From a virus (lineage: Duplodnaviria; Caudoviricetes): a stretch of DNA of 64,000 nt. The notes below the pieces were generated by a model, which saw only the letters and a list, made by a program, of their open reading frames with translations, was not told the DNA's origin and searched no databases. The DNA is taken from the IMG/VR virus record IMGVR_UViG_3300016643_000312, positions 5,139 through 69,138 of that record. One strand, 5' to 3'. Within the stretch, counting starts at the first letter, position 1. Each line of letters opens with the position of its first letter. The position numbers and the translations under genes were made by a program. This document shows positions 38,198-46,682 of the stretch, piece after piece.

Positions 38198-38412
38198 AGG
38201 GTTGCTCCCGTTTTGTGTTCATTGACCAGGTTGCTGAGCGCCACACGCAGAGACGTTTCAATCTTGTCAATGAACTCTCCACTGACCCGGGAAGGGGGCG
38301 CCTTGAGGGGTGCAATCCCCATCTCCATCCGGGTTTTGTTGCGTTCTTTGAACTTGGCGTTGGCCAAATCCAAAGCGGCACGTTTGATGGCTGCCTTGTT
38401 GAGCAGACTCAT
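38194..38412 (-). CDS. Small basic protein, possible histone-fold
   Basis: MSLLNKAAIKRAA...RVSGEFIDKIETSLRVALSNLVNEHKTGATL. Confidence 0.55.
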   Translation of the reverse strand: MSLLNKAAIKRAALDLANAKFKERNKTRMEMGIAPLKAPPSRVSGEFIDKIETSLRVALSNLVNEHKTGATL

Positions 38413-38627
38413 GGAGCCAGCAGTGCGCTTAGTTTTTTGCGGAACCTGGGTTGCGGCTTGTTCTTGCCGTTCTCCCAGTTCCAAACGCTCATCTCGTTTG
38501 TGCCAAGCAATATAGCCATCTGTTTTCGGCTCATGCCTGTTCTCACTCGCAGCAACCGTGCAAGAATGCCGTGTGTGCTGAAGTTGGTGTGGACCTTACG
38601 CCCACCGATCGGACTGTATCTGCTCAT
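38409..38627 (-). CDS. XRE-family HTH regulator
   Basis: LRVRTGMSRKQMAILLGTNEMSVWNWENGKNKP. Confidence 0.85.
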   Translation of the reverse strand: MSRYSPIGGRKVHTNFSTHGILARLLRVRTGMSRKQMAILLGTNEMSVWNWENGKNKPQPRFRKKLSALLAP

Positions 38628-38799
38628 CCCTGACCTCCTCCTTGGTTTTGCGTTCCAGCTGCAGAACGCGTTCCTTGAGTTTTTGGTTTTCCAACTCAAG
38701 CAGTTGAGTTCTTAGATCCCTCCGGCTTTCGGCAATGGAATCAAGAGCGGCCTGCTGCCGCATCCTCGACCACCATTCCCCGTAAGTTACTCCTGGCAT
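38596..38799 (-). CDS. Coiled-coil hypothetical protein
   Basis: GGAAAGGA RBS; first gene after the promoter motif. Confidence 0.55.
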   Translation of the reverse strand: MPGVTYGEWWSRMRQQAALDSIAESRRDLRTQLLELENQKLKERVLQLERKTKEEVRDEQIQSDRWA

Positions 38800-38816
38800 A
38801 ATTTCCTTTCCGGAAG

Positions 38817-38848
38817 GCGTGGCACATATGGGCTCATATGTGCCACGC
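38817..38848. promoter_or_regulatory. Perfect 14-bp inverted repeat (operator or hairpin)
   Basis: GCGTGGCACATATG ggct CATATGTGCCACGC. Confidence 0.75.
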
Positions 38849-38870
38849 TACTTCCAGTTATCAGTCAGTA
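38845..38870 (-). promoter_or_regulatory. TAYTGAC-N13-TA motif
   Basis: TACTGACT GATAACTGGAAG TAGCGT, just after the rIIB stop. Confidence 0.65.
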
Positions 38871-38871
38871 A

Positions 38872-39708
38872 TCAGACTTGATGGATGTGGCCCGCGCCAT
38901 CCCGGCATCCGCCGGTCGGCCAGCTTTCCGCACCCGACTCGTCCTCATTGGACCAATCGTATTCGGAATCGCCGTTGCTGTAGGACCGGCCGTCGGAAGA
39001 ATCCGAGTAGTGCTTACGCATGGTGCCGGCGTAATCCGCCGTCACCGAATAAGCGCACACCCGCATCTTCTGGCATTCGCAATCCAGCGGGACGCTGACC
39101 ACGTCCTTGGGATTGACCTTGCAGATGACGGTGCGGGAGCCAAAGCCGGTGGCATACTCCTCGCTGCCGACATGCAACCCGGTGTGGCAGCCCAAGCTCG
39201 GATCGTCCGAGATGCGGCTGCGTTCCATGGTCACGGTCCGGCCGGGCCGGTTGATGATCTTGCCGGTGTGAACGTCGGTGTAATCGTCGTTGACACCCTT
39301 GTAGGCAAGGAAGCAACCGTCGTCCGTGATCGGCAAGCCCTGGTGTTCCAGGAACCTGTAGAGCTGGGAACGGCTGCGGCTGCTTGGGTTCTGCATCAGG
39401 TTCTCCAGGAACCGGATATAGGGGGAGGCTGGCAGGCCTTCCTCCATGAATCCAAGGAGCCGGTCGACCAGCGTGCCCTGGACTTCCTCGCCACGGTAAA
39501 AGACGCGGCCGCCCTTGACCTCGACGGAGTCACCCGCGAAGTCGGCGACGCTTTGCATCACGTCCATGAGCTTGATGATTTCGTCCTCACCCCGGCCATC
39601 CTTGATGGCCTGGATCACCGTCCGGTAATTGGGGTGCTCCCTGCGGAGCGTGTAGGACTTGTTGTCAATGACAGCCGTCAGGCTGTCTTCCGTCTTGATC
39701 CAATTCAT
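38872..39708 (-). CDS. rIIB: rIIB-like protein
   Basis: FLENLMQNPS..SRSQLYRFLEHQGLPITDDGCFLAYKGV...CHTGLHVGS..YA...VNPKDVVSVPLD...KMRVCAY. Confidence 0.9.
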   Translation of the reverse strand: MNWIKTEDSLTAVIDNKSYTLRREHPNYRTVIQAIKDGRGEDEIIKLMDVMQSVADFAGDSVEVKGGRVFYRGEEVQGTLVDRLLGFMEEGLPASPYIRFLENLMQNPSSRSRSQLYRFLEHQGLPITDDGCFLAYKGVNDDYTDVHTGKIINRPGRTVTMERSRISDDPSLGCHTGLHVGSEEYATGFGSRTVICKVNPKDVVSVPLDCECQKMRVCAYSVTADYAGTMRKHYSDSSDGRSYSNGDSEYDWSNEDESGAESWPTGGCRDGAGHIHQV

Positions 39709-42050
39709 TGGACCTCCTTTGGTTGTTGATTCAGCTGCGTCTTTTCATTGACGTACTGAATGAAGATGTTTTTCTTAATCTCTTTCTGTTTGCCCGAGCT
39801 GTTCCACCACTCATCGTCATACTCAAAGAACCTGGCCACCGGATAGTTCTTGATGAACTCCCGGGTGGCGTCGATGTATTCAAAGCGGTGATCCCGGATG
39901 TTGGCCCAGGATGAAAGCCCAAGCTTGGTCATCAAGGCTCCGTCGAAATCAAACCCCTTGGACAAAAGAAGTTCGAGTTCCTTGACTGTTTGACTGGCTT
40001 CCTTGTACAGATGGGCAAGTTTGGAGACGGGTTCCGGCAAAACCTGGGAAACCTTCGGGTTCCCGATTTGCAGGAAGTTAAGAATCTTGAGTATCCTTTT
40101 GTGGTAATACTCGGTCTTCTTGTAAGTCCACCCCTTTAACTTGCCGTCAACTTTGTCCACGTCACTTGGGCTGCGATGCTCAAACACCTTGTGGTTCAGG
40201 AAGCGAAGTAGCTTGTCCTTGAAGACAGGGTTTTGCATCCAGTTGGACAAGGCCTCTTGAATGGCGTCGTCCAAACTGACCCAATGATTGGGGACATTGT
40301 CTTTGTCCCCGATCTTAACACCAATAACGCGGTTGTACTCCCTGACTCCCAACCATCTGAGAACTTTAATCCCGTGGTGGGTGAAGTGAGACTTGGGTTC
40401 GAACTTGTCGATCAACACCCAAACCTCGGGACTTCCGTCCGCATCCACGTTGACGATCTCCCAGTTGTCCGAGAGCTTGTCGGGGTCGTCTTTGGGTTTG
40501 TACTCAAAGAAGTGTCCGTCGCAATGCTTGCGTGACTTGATGCCGTTGCTGTCCCCGTCCTTCATCTCGGATGGGGAAAGCTCGGGCAGGTCATCCGCCT
40601 TTAGGAAAGGCAGTGTCCAGAAGTTGGGATACACCTTGGTGAACAGGTCCCTCGACTTGGGGTGTACGCCAATGGCGTAGACGTGGTCGATGGTTTCCCG
40701 ATTGGCGTCCAGGTACTTCTTGATCCGTTTGACCGGGAAACCTGAACGCTCCGTCAGGAAGAAAGCGGCCTTCCCGTGGGGGATGATCTCGCTTTCAAAG
40801 TCCGTCTGGAGTTTGTCCCGGTGGGGATGCTTCCAGAGGATACGCATGTTGACACCTTTGGTCCTGATCCAATCCTTGAAGTCCCCGTCAGAATCATTGT
40901 AGATGTTCTTGAAGACTTTCTTGATGGAGTATTCCTTGGTGGCCAACGGCTTGCCCTGCCAGGTCCACTTGCCATCCAGCTTTTTGGCCAGCTCCTTGTT
41001 GAAGTTGGAGCTGTCCCGCCGGTAGTGGTAGTGGGTGGTGTAACCCCGGGCCGACAATTCGTTGACCTTCAGAATGGCTTCGTATTCATTGGGCATCTGG
41101 TCAACGGTCTTGATCAGGTTGGTCGACAGGCTGTCGGCAATCTTCTTCAGTTCACCGAACAATGCGCTGACCGTCCGGGTGGTGTACTTGAGGGTTTCCC
41201 GGCTGGGGGCCAGGTCCACCTCGCCGACATTCAACTCAAGCACGATGCCCGATTCAATGAGGTTCTTCAGAAGCACATTGAAGTTGGAGGGCAGGTGGCT
41301 TGTGCCGATGGGGTATAACAAACGCCCCATGCGGACAAACGATTTCTTGGAGTCACCAAAGAACACGTAACGGGTTTCCCGGTAGATGGGTTTGCGTTCC
41401 CCAAACTTAAGGTCCTCGTCGACATGCTCTTCCAGTTGGGCGTCAGTCAGGTTGGTAAACCTGGGCCGGACCGGAAACATCCAGGCGATGTTGGCCGCCC
41501 GGTTGGTGAAGGTGTCGATGTCCTCCTTCTTGACCGGGACCTTGATGGTGATGCCGCTGCTTCGGCTTGGCTCGGTGGCCAGAATGGCCGCCTTGCCCAT
41601 GTTGGTCTCGTCCAGGAAGAACGAATAGGTGGTCTTGGTTCCGTTGTGGCAGGACTCGACGATGATGCTGTCGGCATAGGCACGCCAGCATTTGCCGCCC
41701 AATCCGAAGCCGCCCTCGTAGTCGTTGCTGGTCTCCTTCTCGTCGCCGCTGGCGCCGTAGGTGGTGAACAGCTCAAACAGTTTTTCCTTGGGCAAGCCCG
41801 GACCCTGGTCACGGATGATGAACTCCGGGGCCAGCTTGGTCGGGAGCGTCACCTCGATGGGTCGGTTATGCCCGGCCAGTTGGTGCGCCTCGTCCGCATT
41901 GGTCATGTACTCCCGGCACAAGGCCAGGATGGGGTCCGTGTAAAGCGAACCCAAAGCCTCGAACAGCTTGGGATTGAGGCGTATGCTGAACTGTTTTTCC
42001 TCAAACTCCGCCGACTGCACGGGCTTCTGTCTTGAGTTGGTGATGATCAA
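39705..42050 (-). CDS. rIIA: rIIA-like protein (GHKL/Hsp90-like ATPase N-terminus)
   Basis: LYTDPILALCREYMTNA, IRDQGPGL, GGFGLGGK, VDLAPSRETLKY; adjacent to rIIB; probable TTG start at 42050 after GGAG. Confidence 0.85.
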   Translation of the reverse strand: MIITNSRQKPVQSAEFEEKQFSIRLNPKLFEALGSLYTDPILALCREYMTNADEAHQLAGHNRPIEVTLPTKLAPEFIIRDQGPGLPKEKLFELFTTYGASGDEKETSNDYEGGFGLGGKCWRAYADSIIVESCHNGTKTTYSFFLDETNMGKAAILATEPSRSSGITIKVPVKKEDIDTFTNRAANIAWMFPVRPRFTNLTDAQLEEHVDEDLKFGERKPIYRETRYVFFGDSKKSFVRMGRLLYPIGTSHLPSNFNVLLKNLIESGIVLELNVGEVDLAPSRETLKYTTRTVSALFGELKKIADSLSTNLIKTVDQMPNEYEAILKVNELSARGYTTHYHYRRDSSNFNKELAKKLDGKWTWQGKPLATKEYSIKKVFKNIYNDSDGDFKDWIRTKGVNMRILWKHPHRDKLQTDFESEIIPHGKAAFFLTERSGFPVKRIKKYLDANRETIDHVYAIGVHPKSRDLFTKVYPNFWTLPFLKADDLPELSPSEMKDGDSNGIKSRKHCDGHFFEYKPKDDPDKLSDNWEIVNVDADGSPEVWVLIDKFEPKSHFTHHGIKVLRWLGVREYNRVIGVKIGDKDNVPNHWVSLDDAIQEALSNWMQNPVFKDKLLRFLNHKVFEHRSPSDVDKVDGKLKGWTYKKTEYYHKRILKILNFLQIGNPKVSQVLPEPVSKLAHLYKEASQTVKELELLLSKGFDFDGALMTKLGLSSWANIRDHRFEYIDATREFIKNYPVARFFEYDDEWWNSSGKQKEIKKNIFIQYVNEKTQLNQQPKEVQ

Positions 42051-42139
42051 AGGATACTCCTCGCGATGATCAACAGGATGCCTGCCAGCATGGATATCCA
42101 TGCCAGGATCCAGGCCCCGTTGGTTTTAATGGGTGGCAT
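42047..42139 (-). CDS. 30-aa single-pass membrane peptide
   Basis: MPPIKTNGAWILAWISMLAGILLIIARSIL; stop overlaps the rIIA TTG (TTGA). Confidence 0.55.
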   Translation of the reverse strand: MPPIKTNGAWILAWISMLAGILLIIARSIL

Positions 42140-42146
42140 AATGGGG

Positions 42147-42178
42147 AAAGGGAGGGCCGGGGTTGTCCCGACCCTCCC
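42147..42178 (-). terminator. Intrinsic terminator-like hairpin after the DUF932-like gene
   Basis: GGGAGGGTCGGG acaa CCCCGGCCCTCCC TTT on the minus strand. Confidence 0.55.
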
Positions 42179-42189
42179 GATCCTTGGAA

Positions 42190-42942
42190 TCAGTTGACTC
42201 CGGCGTACTGGACCTTCGACTCGTCGAAGCCGACAAAGGCGTCGAGCAGGTCGTTGGACACGGTCGTCAGGTGAGGGGCGTCAAACGCAATGGAACGCTT
42301 GAGCGTCTCGGTGACGGCGTTGTGGAAGGACCAGACATTGCGGGGACGAAACGCCTGGAAGTTTGGTTCCCGGTATTCGTCATGCGCCGCCTTGAGCTGG
42401 CGATCCCCAAAGACACCGCGCCGCCAATGCTCCATGAGGAGATGGTCGGCGTCCTTGTCCTCGAGTTCCGTTCCCTTGTAGGCCTGGATGCGCTGGCGGT
42501 TGCCGAAGAACCGGCGTTCCGCATCACCCAAAGCCCCGGCAATGAGCCCGGGCAGGTCCGTCAGGATCTCGGTGGTGTGCTTGCGGGCAACCACCCGGAT
42601 GGCAAAGACCATCCCGTTGGAACAAACCTTGATCTCCTCGGCCATGTAGGTGCGGGCTGCAAAGGACTTGTCCCAGCTGTTGATCCAACCCACCTGGGCC
42701 TTGCTTTCGCTGGTGTCCAGGTTGGGCAGGTCCAGGTCGTAGCAGCCCATGGCAACCTCGCCGTTGGGGGCGAGCTTGAACCATGCGGGCCGGATGGCCT
42801 GCTTGTTGATGCCGGCAGCTTCCTTGAAGAGCTCGTGTACGCGGCCGTGGGCCACGGGCATGAACGTCTTGGTGGGTGCGGGCAAGGGGTGAATGTCGAG
42901 TTGGTCAATGGTGACCGTGTCGGTTGCTTTTAACTTAGCCAT
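42190..42942 (-). CDS. DUF932-like protein
   Basis: TKTFMPVAH, GWINSWDKSFA...VCSNGM, RKHT, RNVWSFHNAVTE. Confidence 0.8.
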   Translation of the reverse strand: MAKLKATDTVTIDQLDIHPLPAPTKTFMPVAHGRVHELFKEAAGINKQAIRPAWFKLAPNGEVAMGCYDLDLPNLDTSESKAQVGWINSWDKSFAARTYMAEEIKVCSNGMVFAIRVVARKHTTEILTDLPGLIAGALGDAERRFFGNRQRIQAYKGTELEDKDADHLLMEHWRRGVFGDRQLKAAHDEYREPNFQAFRPRNVWSFHNAVTETLKRSIAFDAPHLTTVSNDLLDAFVGFDESKVQYAGVN

Positions 42943-42954
42943 GTTGATTCTCCT

Positions 42955-43323
42955 TTAGGCTGCAATCGCAGCCCGTTGATCCACGAGATGAGCCAGCCGC
43001 CCGACCAGGATGGAGGAGCGGAAGGAAACGACGTGGGATGATGTGCGGCAGGATTCGACCAGCACGTTGGCATCGGTGATGCCACGGCGCTGGAGTTCCT
43101 CGATCAACTTTTCCGGGTCAAGCCGACCGACACTCTTTTCAGAGGCAGTGATCTGATAACGCAGCCCTGCCCAGTGCGTGTTACCAGAATCGGACGCAGG
43201 CTTGAAAACCTTGTCGATAAGATCTTCGCGTACCTTGCGTGCCTGATTGAGTTGATCCGTTGCTTTGCCAAACCGATCAACCTGATCAGGTGTGGCGATG
43301 ATGACTGCAGTATGTTTAGCCAT
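42955..43323 (-). CDS. Hypothetical protein
   Basis: AGAAAGG RBS; 122 aa in the operon. Confidence 0.65.
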   Translation of the reverse strand: MAKHTAVIIATPDQVDRFGKATDQLNQARKVREDLIDKVFKPASDSGNTHWAGLRYQITASEKSVGRLDPEKLIEELQRRGITDANVLVESCRTSSHVVSFRSSILVGRLAHLVDQRAAIAA

Positions 43324-43363
43324 AGTAGGCGTACCTTTCTGTTGAGTTTTGTGATGAATCGGC

Positions 43364-43834
43364 TCATGAAGCCGAAGATGCCGACGGCTTTTTCCGTCCT
43401 GAAAGTTTGATCTTGTGGGAATAGTATTCCATCATCCGCGACTCGATGTGTTCGACCGTGTCGTGGACCTCCTGAAGTTGTCCTCCCGTGAAACAGTAAC
43501 CGTTGAACCCCCACTTGCGTGGCGACGTCCCGTAAGCCGTGACGATCAGCCGCTCACTGTACACGTAGCCGTAGCCCGACTGACGCGAGGAGTGAAGGAA
43601 GTAAACCCCGTAGATTGGAAGACTTTCCCTGTATCCCTGAATCCTGACCGTCGCCTTGTTGACGGGAAAGGCATTGGTCGAAGACTTGGGGATCTTCTCC
43701 CATCCCATGAAGCTGGCCAACAGCTGGTTCTCCGTGGCGATGGGCCAGAGCCTTAGGTTTTTGGGTTGTGCATGGTGGTTGCCGACAAGGGCGTCAATGT
43801 CCTCGTCGAACTGGGTATCCAACGCTGTGGTCAT
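43364..43834 (-). CDS. Hypothetical protein
   Basis: Start reassigned to ATG 43834 (ATGA overlap). Confidence 0.6.
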   Translation of the reverse strand: MTTALDTQFDEDIDALVGNHHAQPKNLRLWPIATENQLLASFMGWEKIPKSSTNAFPVNKATVRIQGYRESLPIYGVYFLHSSRQSGYGYVYSERLIVTAYGTSPRKWGFNGYCFTGGQLQEVHDTVEHIESRMMEYYSHKIKLSGRKKPSASSAS

Positions 43835-43926
43835 CGGTGCTCCTTGAACACGCTCCAGGCCAGGGCCAGAAGCAGGATGGTGTAAAAGGGCAGCAGCCAT
43901 CGGGTGAATAGTTCGGTGGTTTCCAT
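43831..43926 (-). CDS. 31-aa single-pass membrane peptide
   Basis: METTELFTRWLLPFYTILLLALAWSVFKEHR; GGGAGG RBS. Confidence 0.55.
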   Translation of the reverse strand: METTELFTRWLLPFYTILLLALAWSVFKEHR

Positions 43927-43928
43927 GG

Positions 43929-44090
43929 TTATTTGCCCTCCCGTTTGTTGAGTTCAATGACGACATGCTGGTAGTACAGGCTGCCTGTCTCGCTGCCCTT
44001 GGCGGGCTGGCTGGCGGTCTTTTCCCGTACTGTCTCGAGCTTGGTCCTGATGGCGACCAGCTCCTTGGTGGATGTCCGGTTTAGTTTCAT
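43929..44090 (-). CDS. 53-aa hypothetical protein
   Basis: GGAGG RBS; ATGA overlap. Confidence 0.55.
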   Translation of the reverse strand: MKLNRTSTKELVAIRTKLETVREKTASQPAKGSETGSLYYQHVVIELNKREGK

Positions 44091-44266
44091 TTGGAATCAA
44101 GGGCCTCCTGTCCCCTGTCCCTCAGTTCATGAAGCGACATGTTTGGGTCGTAACAAAAGAAGACGAAGTCCTCGAGGGCCGCCTCGATCTTCTCCGCTCG
44201 TGTCTGGGTGTCTTTGACTTTGGGTTTGGGTTTGGACTTGGGTTTGGACTTGGGTTTCTTGCTCAT
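44087..44266 (-). CDS. 59-aa protein with a KPKS-repeat basic N-terminus
   Basis: MSKKPKSKPKSKPKPKVK...; coupled at both ends. Confidence 0.6.
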   Translation of the reverse strand: MSKKPKSKPKSKPKPKVKDTQTRAEKIEAALEDFVFFCYDPNMSLHELRDRGQEALDSK

Positions 44267-44436
44267 CTGAAAGTGGCCTTTCCAACGGTGTTGCCGTTGA
44301 TGTCCTTGATAAGGATTTCCTCGGAAGCGCTTAAAACTTCCTCGGAAAGCCCTTCAAGTATGCGGGACAGCTCCAACTCGGGGCTGTCTCCGAACGCTGC
44401 GTTGTCAGTTTTAATCTCAAGCCTGAATGTGGCCAT
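44263..44436 (-). CDS. 57-aa hypothetical phage protein (F.LEI.TDNAAF family)
   Basis: MATFRLEIKTDNAAFGD...RIL...IKDINGNTVG; AAGGAGG RBS. Confidence 0.7.
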   Translation of the reverse strand: MATFRLEIKTDNAAFGDSPELELSRILEGLSEEVLSASEEILIKDINGNTVGKATFR

Positions 44437-44459
44437 GTATTGTCCCTCCTTTGTCAGTA
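44434..44459 (-). promoter_or_regulatory. TAYTGAC-N13-TA motif overlapping an RBS and start codon
   Basis: TACTGACA AAGGAGGGACAA TACATG. Confidence 0.4.
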
Positions 44460-44783
44460 CACCTGCCCGTGGTAGTGCCCAAAGAACAGGTTATTGAGTA
44501 GATCATGCGGGCCGTACGTGCTGAATTGTTTGAAACGATGCGATCCCTTGTAATCCCAGATCCCGCAAAGCACGGGCTTGGACTCAGGGTCGGTCACATC
44601 CCTGACCTTGAAGAGCCAGGAGTGAACGACCTTGGAAGGATCGTCGTCGTGGTTGGGTCCAAAGCCAAGGATCTCAACGATCTCCCCGGCGGTGATGTTC
44701 CTCAGCTCCCCGGTCTTGTGCATCCCGTTGGAGCTGTCGTTGCTTGGTGTAATCTCGAATCGATTGATGGTTTGTATGCTCAT
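44454..44783 (-). CDS. Hypothetical phage protein
   Basis: ILGFGPN..DDPSKVVHSWLF...GIWDYKG. Confidence 0.65.
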   Translation of the reverse strand: MSIQTINRFEITPSNDSSNGMHKTGELRNITAGEIVEILGFGPNHDDDPSKVVHSWLFKVRDVTDPESKPVLCGIWDYKGSHRFKQFSTYGPHDLLNNLFFGHYHGQVY

Positions 44784-44904
44784 GATTATCTAAAATGCCT
44801 CCAGTAACCCGACTCGTCGTAGCGGTCCATGCGCTCGAACTTCTCGCGCTCTTCCGCCACCCAGTCGGCGTGGTCTCTGCCGTCAGTCATGTCGGGGTTG
44901 TCGT

Positions 44905-45162
44905 TCACTTTGAAACAAGCCCCCTGACTTTTATGCTTGGGGACTTCATGCTCTTGCGGTACGGGGTTCCGATCTCGTCCTCCTCCCAGTGACTGGTGAG
45001 GTTGGCGAGCAGGTCCTCCGCATCCCGCAAGGGCAACAGATCAATGATCCATTCCCAAAGGTCGTTGGTTTTGAAGTTGGCCAAGTTGTCGTAGAACGCC
45101 TCTTTGTAGGCGTCCGGCAGCTTCTCCAGCCACTTCCTGGTGGGGGTTCTGATGGCGCTCAT
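44905..45162 (-). CDS. Hypothetical protein
   Basis: ATGA overlap. Confidence 0.55.
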   Translation of the reverse strand: MSAIRTPTRKWLEKLPDAYKEAFYDNLANFKTNDLWEWIIDLLPLRDAEDLLANLTSHWEEDEIGTPYRKSMKSPSIKVRGLVSK

Positions 45163-45491
45163 GGGCAAAGGCCGTAAAGCTTGGCCAGCTCGCGGACCTC
45201 CTCCTTGGCTTCAAGGTCCCGCCAGTTGAAGGCCCGGAAAGCCCGGCTGTTAATCTCCGTCAAGCGCCCAAGGCTGGTGCGATCTCTTTCTTTTTCCCCG
45301 TGAGCCCTGCCAAACAAAGCGATGTCACGAATTTGGGCGAGGGTGTCGCGGTAAAGTTTGATCTCTTTCCGTTGTTCCTCCACGGTCGCTTTGAGCCGGA
45401 TATTATCCAGCTGGGCCTGCAGGAGCGGAGGTCTTACAAGGCGGGACACGTCTTTTGGTTTACTTGCTCTGCGTGCAGCTGACTTGGTCAT
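45159..45491 (-). CDS. Coiled-coil hypothetical protein
   Basis: AGAAAGGA RBS; downstream of the promoter motif. Confidence 0.6.
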   Translation of the reverse strand: MTKSAARRASKPKDVSRLVRPPLLQAQLDNIRLKATVEEQRKEIKLYRDTLAQIRDIALFGRAHGEKERDRTSLGRLTEINSRAFRAFNWRDLEAKEEVRELAKLYGLCP

Positions 45492-45535
45492 GTTCTTTTA
45501 TCCTTTCTGTTTTGTCATTACCCGCACCAAGGTTC

Positions 45536-45561
45536 GAACTACGGGCGGGGTTGTGTCAATA
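45536..45561 (-). promoter_or_regulatory. TAYTGAC-N13-TA motif
   Basis: TATTGACA CAACCCCGCCCG TAGTTC; upstream box lies in one arm of the hairpin GTCAATAACC/GGTTGTTGAC. Confidence 0.6.
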
Positions 45562-45590
45562 ACCAATCTTTGGGTTGTTGACCGGTGTTT

Positions 45591-45920
45591 TCAGTCGTTG
45601 ATCCAGGCGGTGATTTCAGCCTCGTCGCGCATGCGGAACGAGGAGTTGCCGACCTGAATGGACCAGCGGCTGGTCGGGTCGATGCTGACCCCGTAGCGCA
45701 GCGACTCCTGCAGGTACCTCATGGCACGCTGCCGGTCATGGCTGCTCTTGGGGTTGTACCAGCATGTCGGGCTCCAGGAGACGCCATCACGCATGACCTT
45801 GGCCGGGATGCGGATGACGGCAGGCGCCGGCGTTGTTCCCTTGGGGACAACGGGAGCCGGCGAGGGTTTGAGGTTGAGTTGGGGTCGGATCATCTCGAGT
45901 TGGTTGGCCAGACTAATCAT
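45591..45920 (-). CDS. Hypothetical protein
   Basis: Start reassigned to ATG 45920. Confidence 0.55.
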   Translation of the reverse strand: MISLANQLEMIRPQLNLKPSPAPVVPKGTTPAPAVIRIPAKVMRDGVSWSPTCWYNPKSSHDRQRAMRYLQESLRYGVSIDPTSRWSIQVGNSSFRMRDEAEITAWIND

Positions 45921-46101
45921 TGAGCCAGCCCTCCAGTTCGGATACCTCGCGGACCAGATGGCGCTCGTAGGAGGCCTGGTCGTGTTCGGCCAGCGGATGC
46001 CCCATCGCCTGAAACTCGGCGTGGATGGCACCCAGGAGGTCGTTCTTTGCTTCTTGTTGGATCATGTCCCCATCCATGGGGAACTCGTTTGATACAAGCA
46101 T
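45913..46101 (-). CDS. Hypothetical acidic protein
   Basis: CAGGAG RBS. Confidence 0.55.
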   Translation of the reverse strand: MLVSNEFPMDGDMIQQEAKNDLLGAIHAEFQAMGHPLAEHDQASYERHLVREVSELEGWLND

Positions 46102-46407
46102 GGTGTTACTCCTGTACTTTCCGTCCTAACCGCCATGTATGGCCCATGCGGGACGGATGTTCGCATGAGCCGGAAATTCAAGCCGTGGTGTTTAAATGAG
46201 CCCCCACACGGAGCTGTCCGGAGCTCTCCTCCGGCACTATTCCACGGTCTGTTCAGTTGGTCTGGGGAACCCAGCGCAACCACTGTTCGCTAAAGCAAGG
46301 CATCACCGCCAAAAGGCATTGGTCAAAGACTCCTTCAGGCTTGGGGCTTGCATGGTGGTTGAGCAGGATCGGCACGTAAGGCCACTCAGGGGAGAAAGCG
46401 ACGCCTT

Positions 46408-46677
46408 TCATGCGCGCTCCATTCCGAGCTGAAGCTCGGCTTGGAATTTCTGACTTAACCAGCCTTCCTCCTGTTTACGCAGGCGTTCAGCCTTGAGCTG
46501 GTTGTCACGCTTAACCGCCATGAGCGTGTTGTAATGCATGACATGGAACTCCTCGTTCCACTCGTAGCCGGCAAAGATGAGCTCCTTGTAGGCTGTTGCC
46601 CGGTCCCAGAAGGACTTGATGATCCAGGGGTCTTGCGAGTCGCTGGTAATGCGTACGATGTACCAAGGTTTGTGCAT
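46408..46677 (-). CDS. Hypothetical protein
   Basis: GAGG RBS, AACCACCATG start context. Confidence 0.55.
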   Translation of the reverse strand: MHKPWYIVRITSDSQDPWIIKSFWDRATAYKELIFAGYEWNEEFHVMHYNTLMAVKRDNQLKAERLRKQEEGWLSQKFQAELQLGMERA

Positions 46678-46682
46678 GGTGG

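Noticed and set aside
42088-42103. 16-bp perfect palindrome GCATGGATATCCATGC
   Set aside because: Single copy inside the small membrane-peptide ORF with no promoter context; cannot be distinguished from chance.
45520-45550. GGTTCGAAC T-loop-like sequence suggesting a tRNA
   Set aside because: No acceptor, D or anticodon arms can be folded; it overlaps the promoter motif instead.
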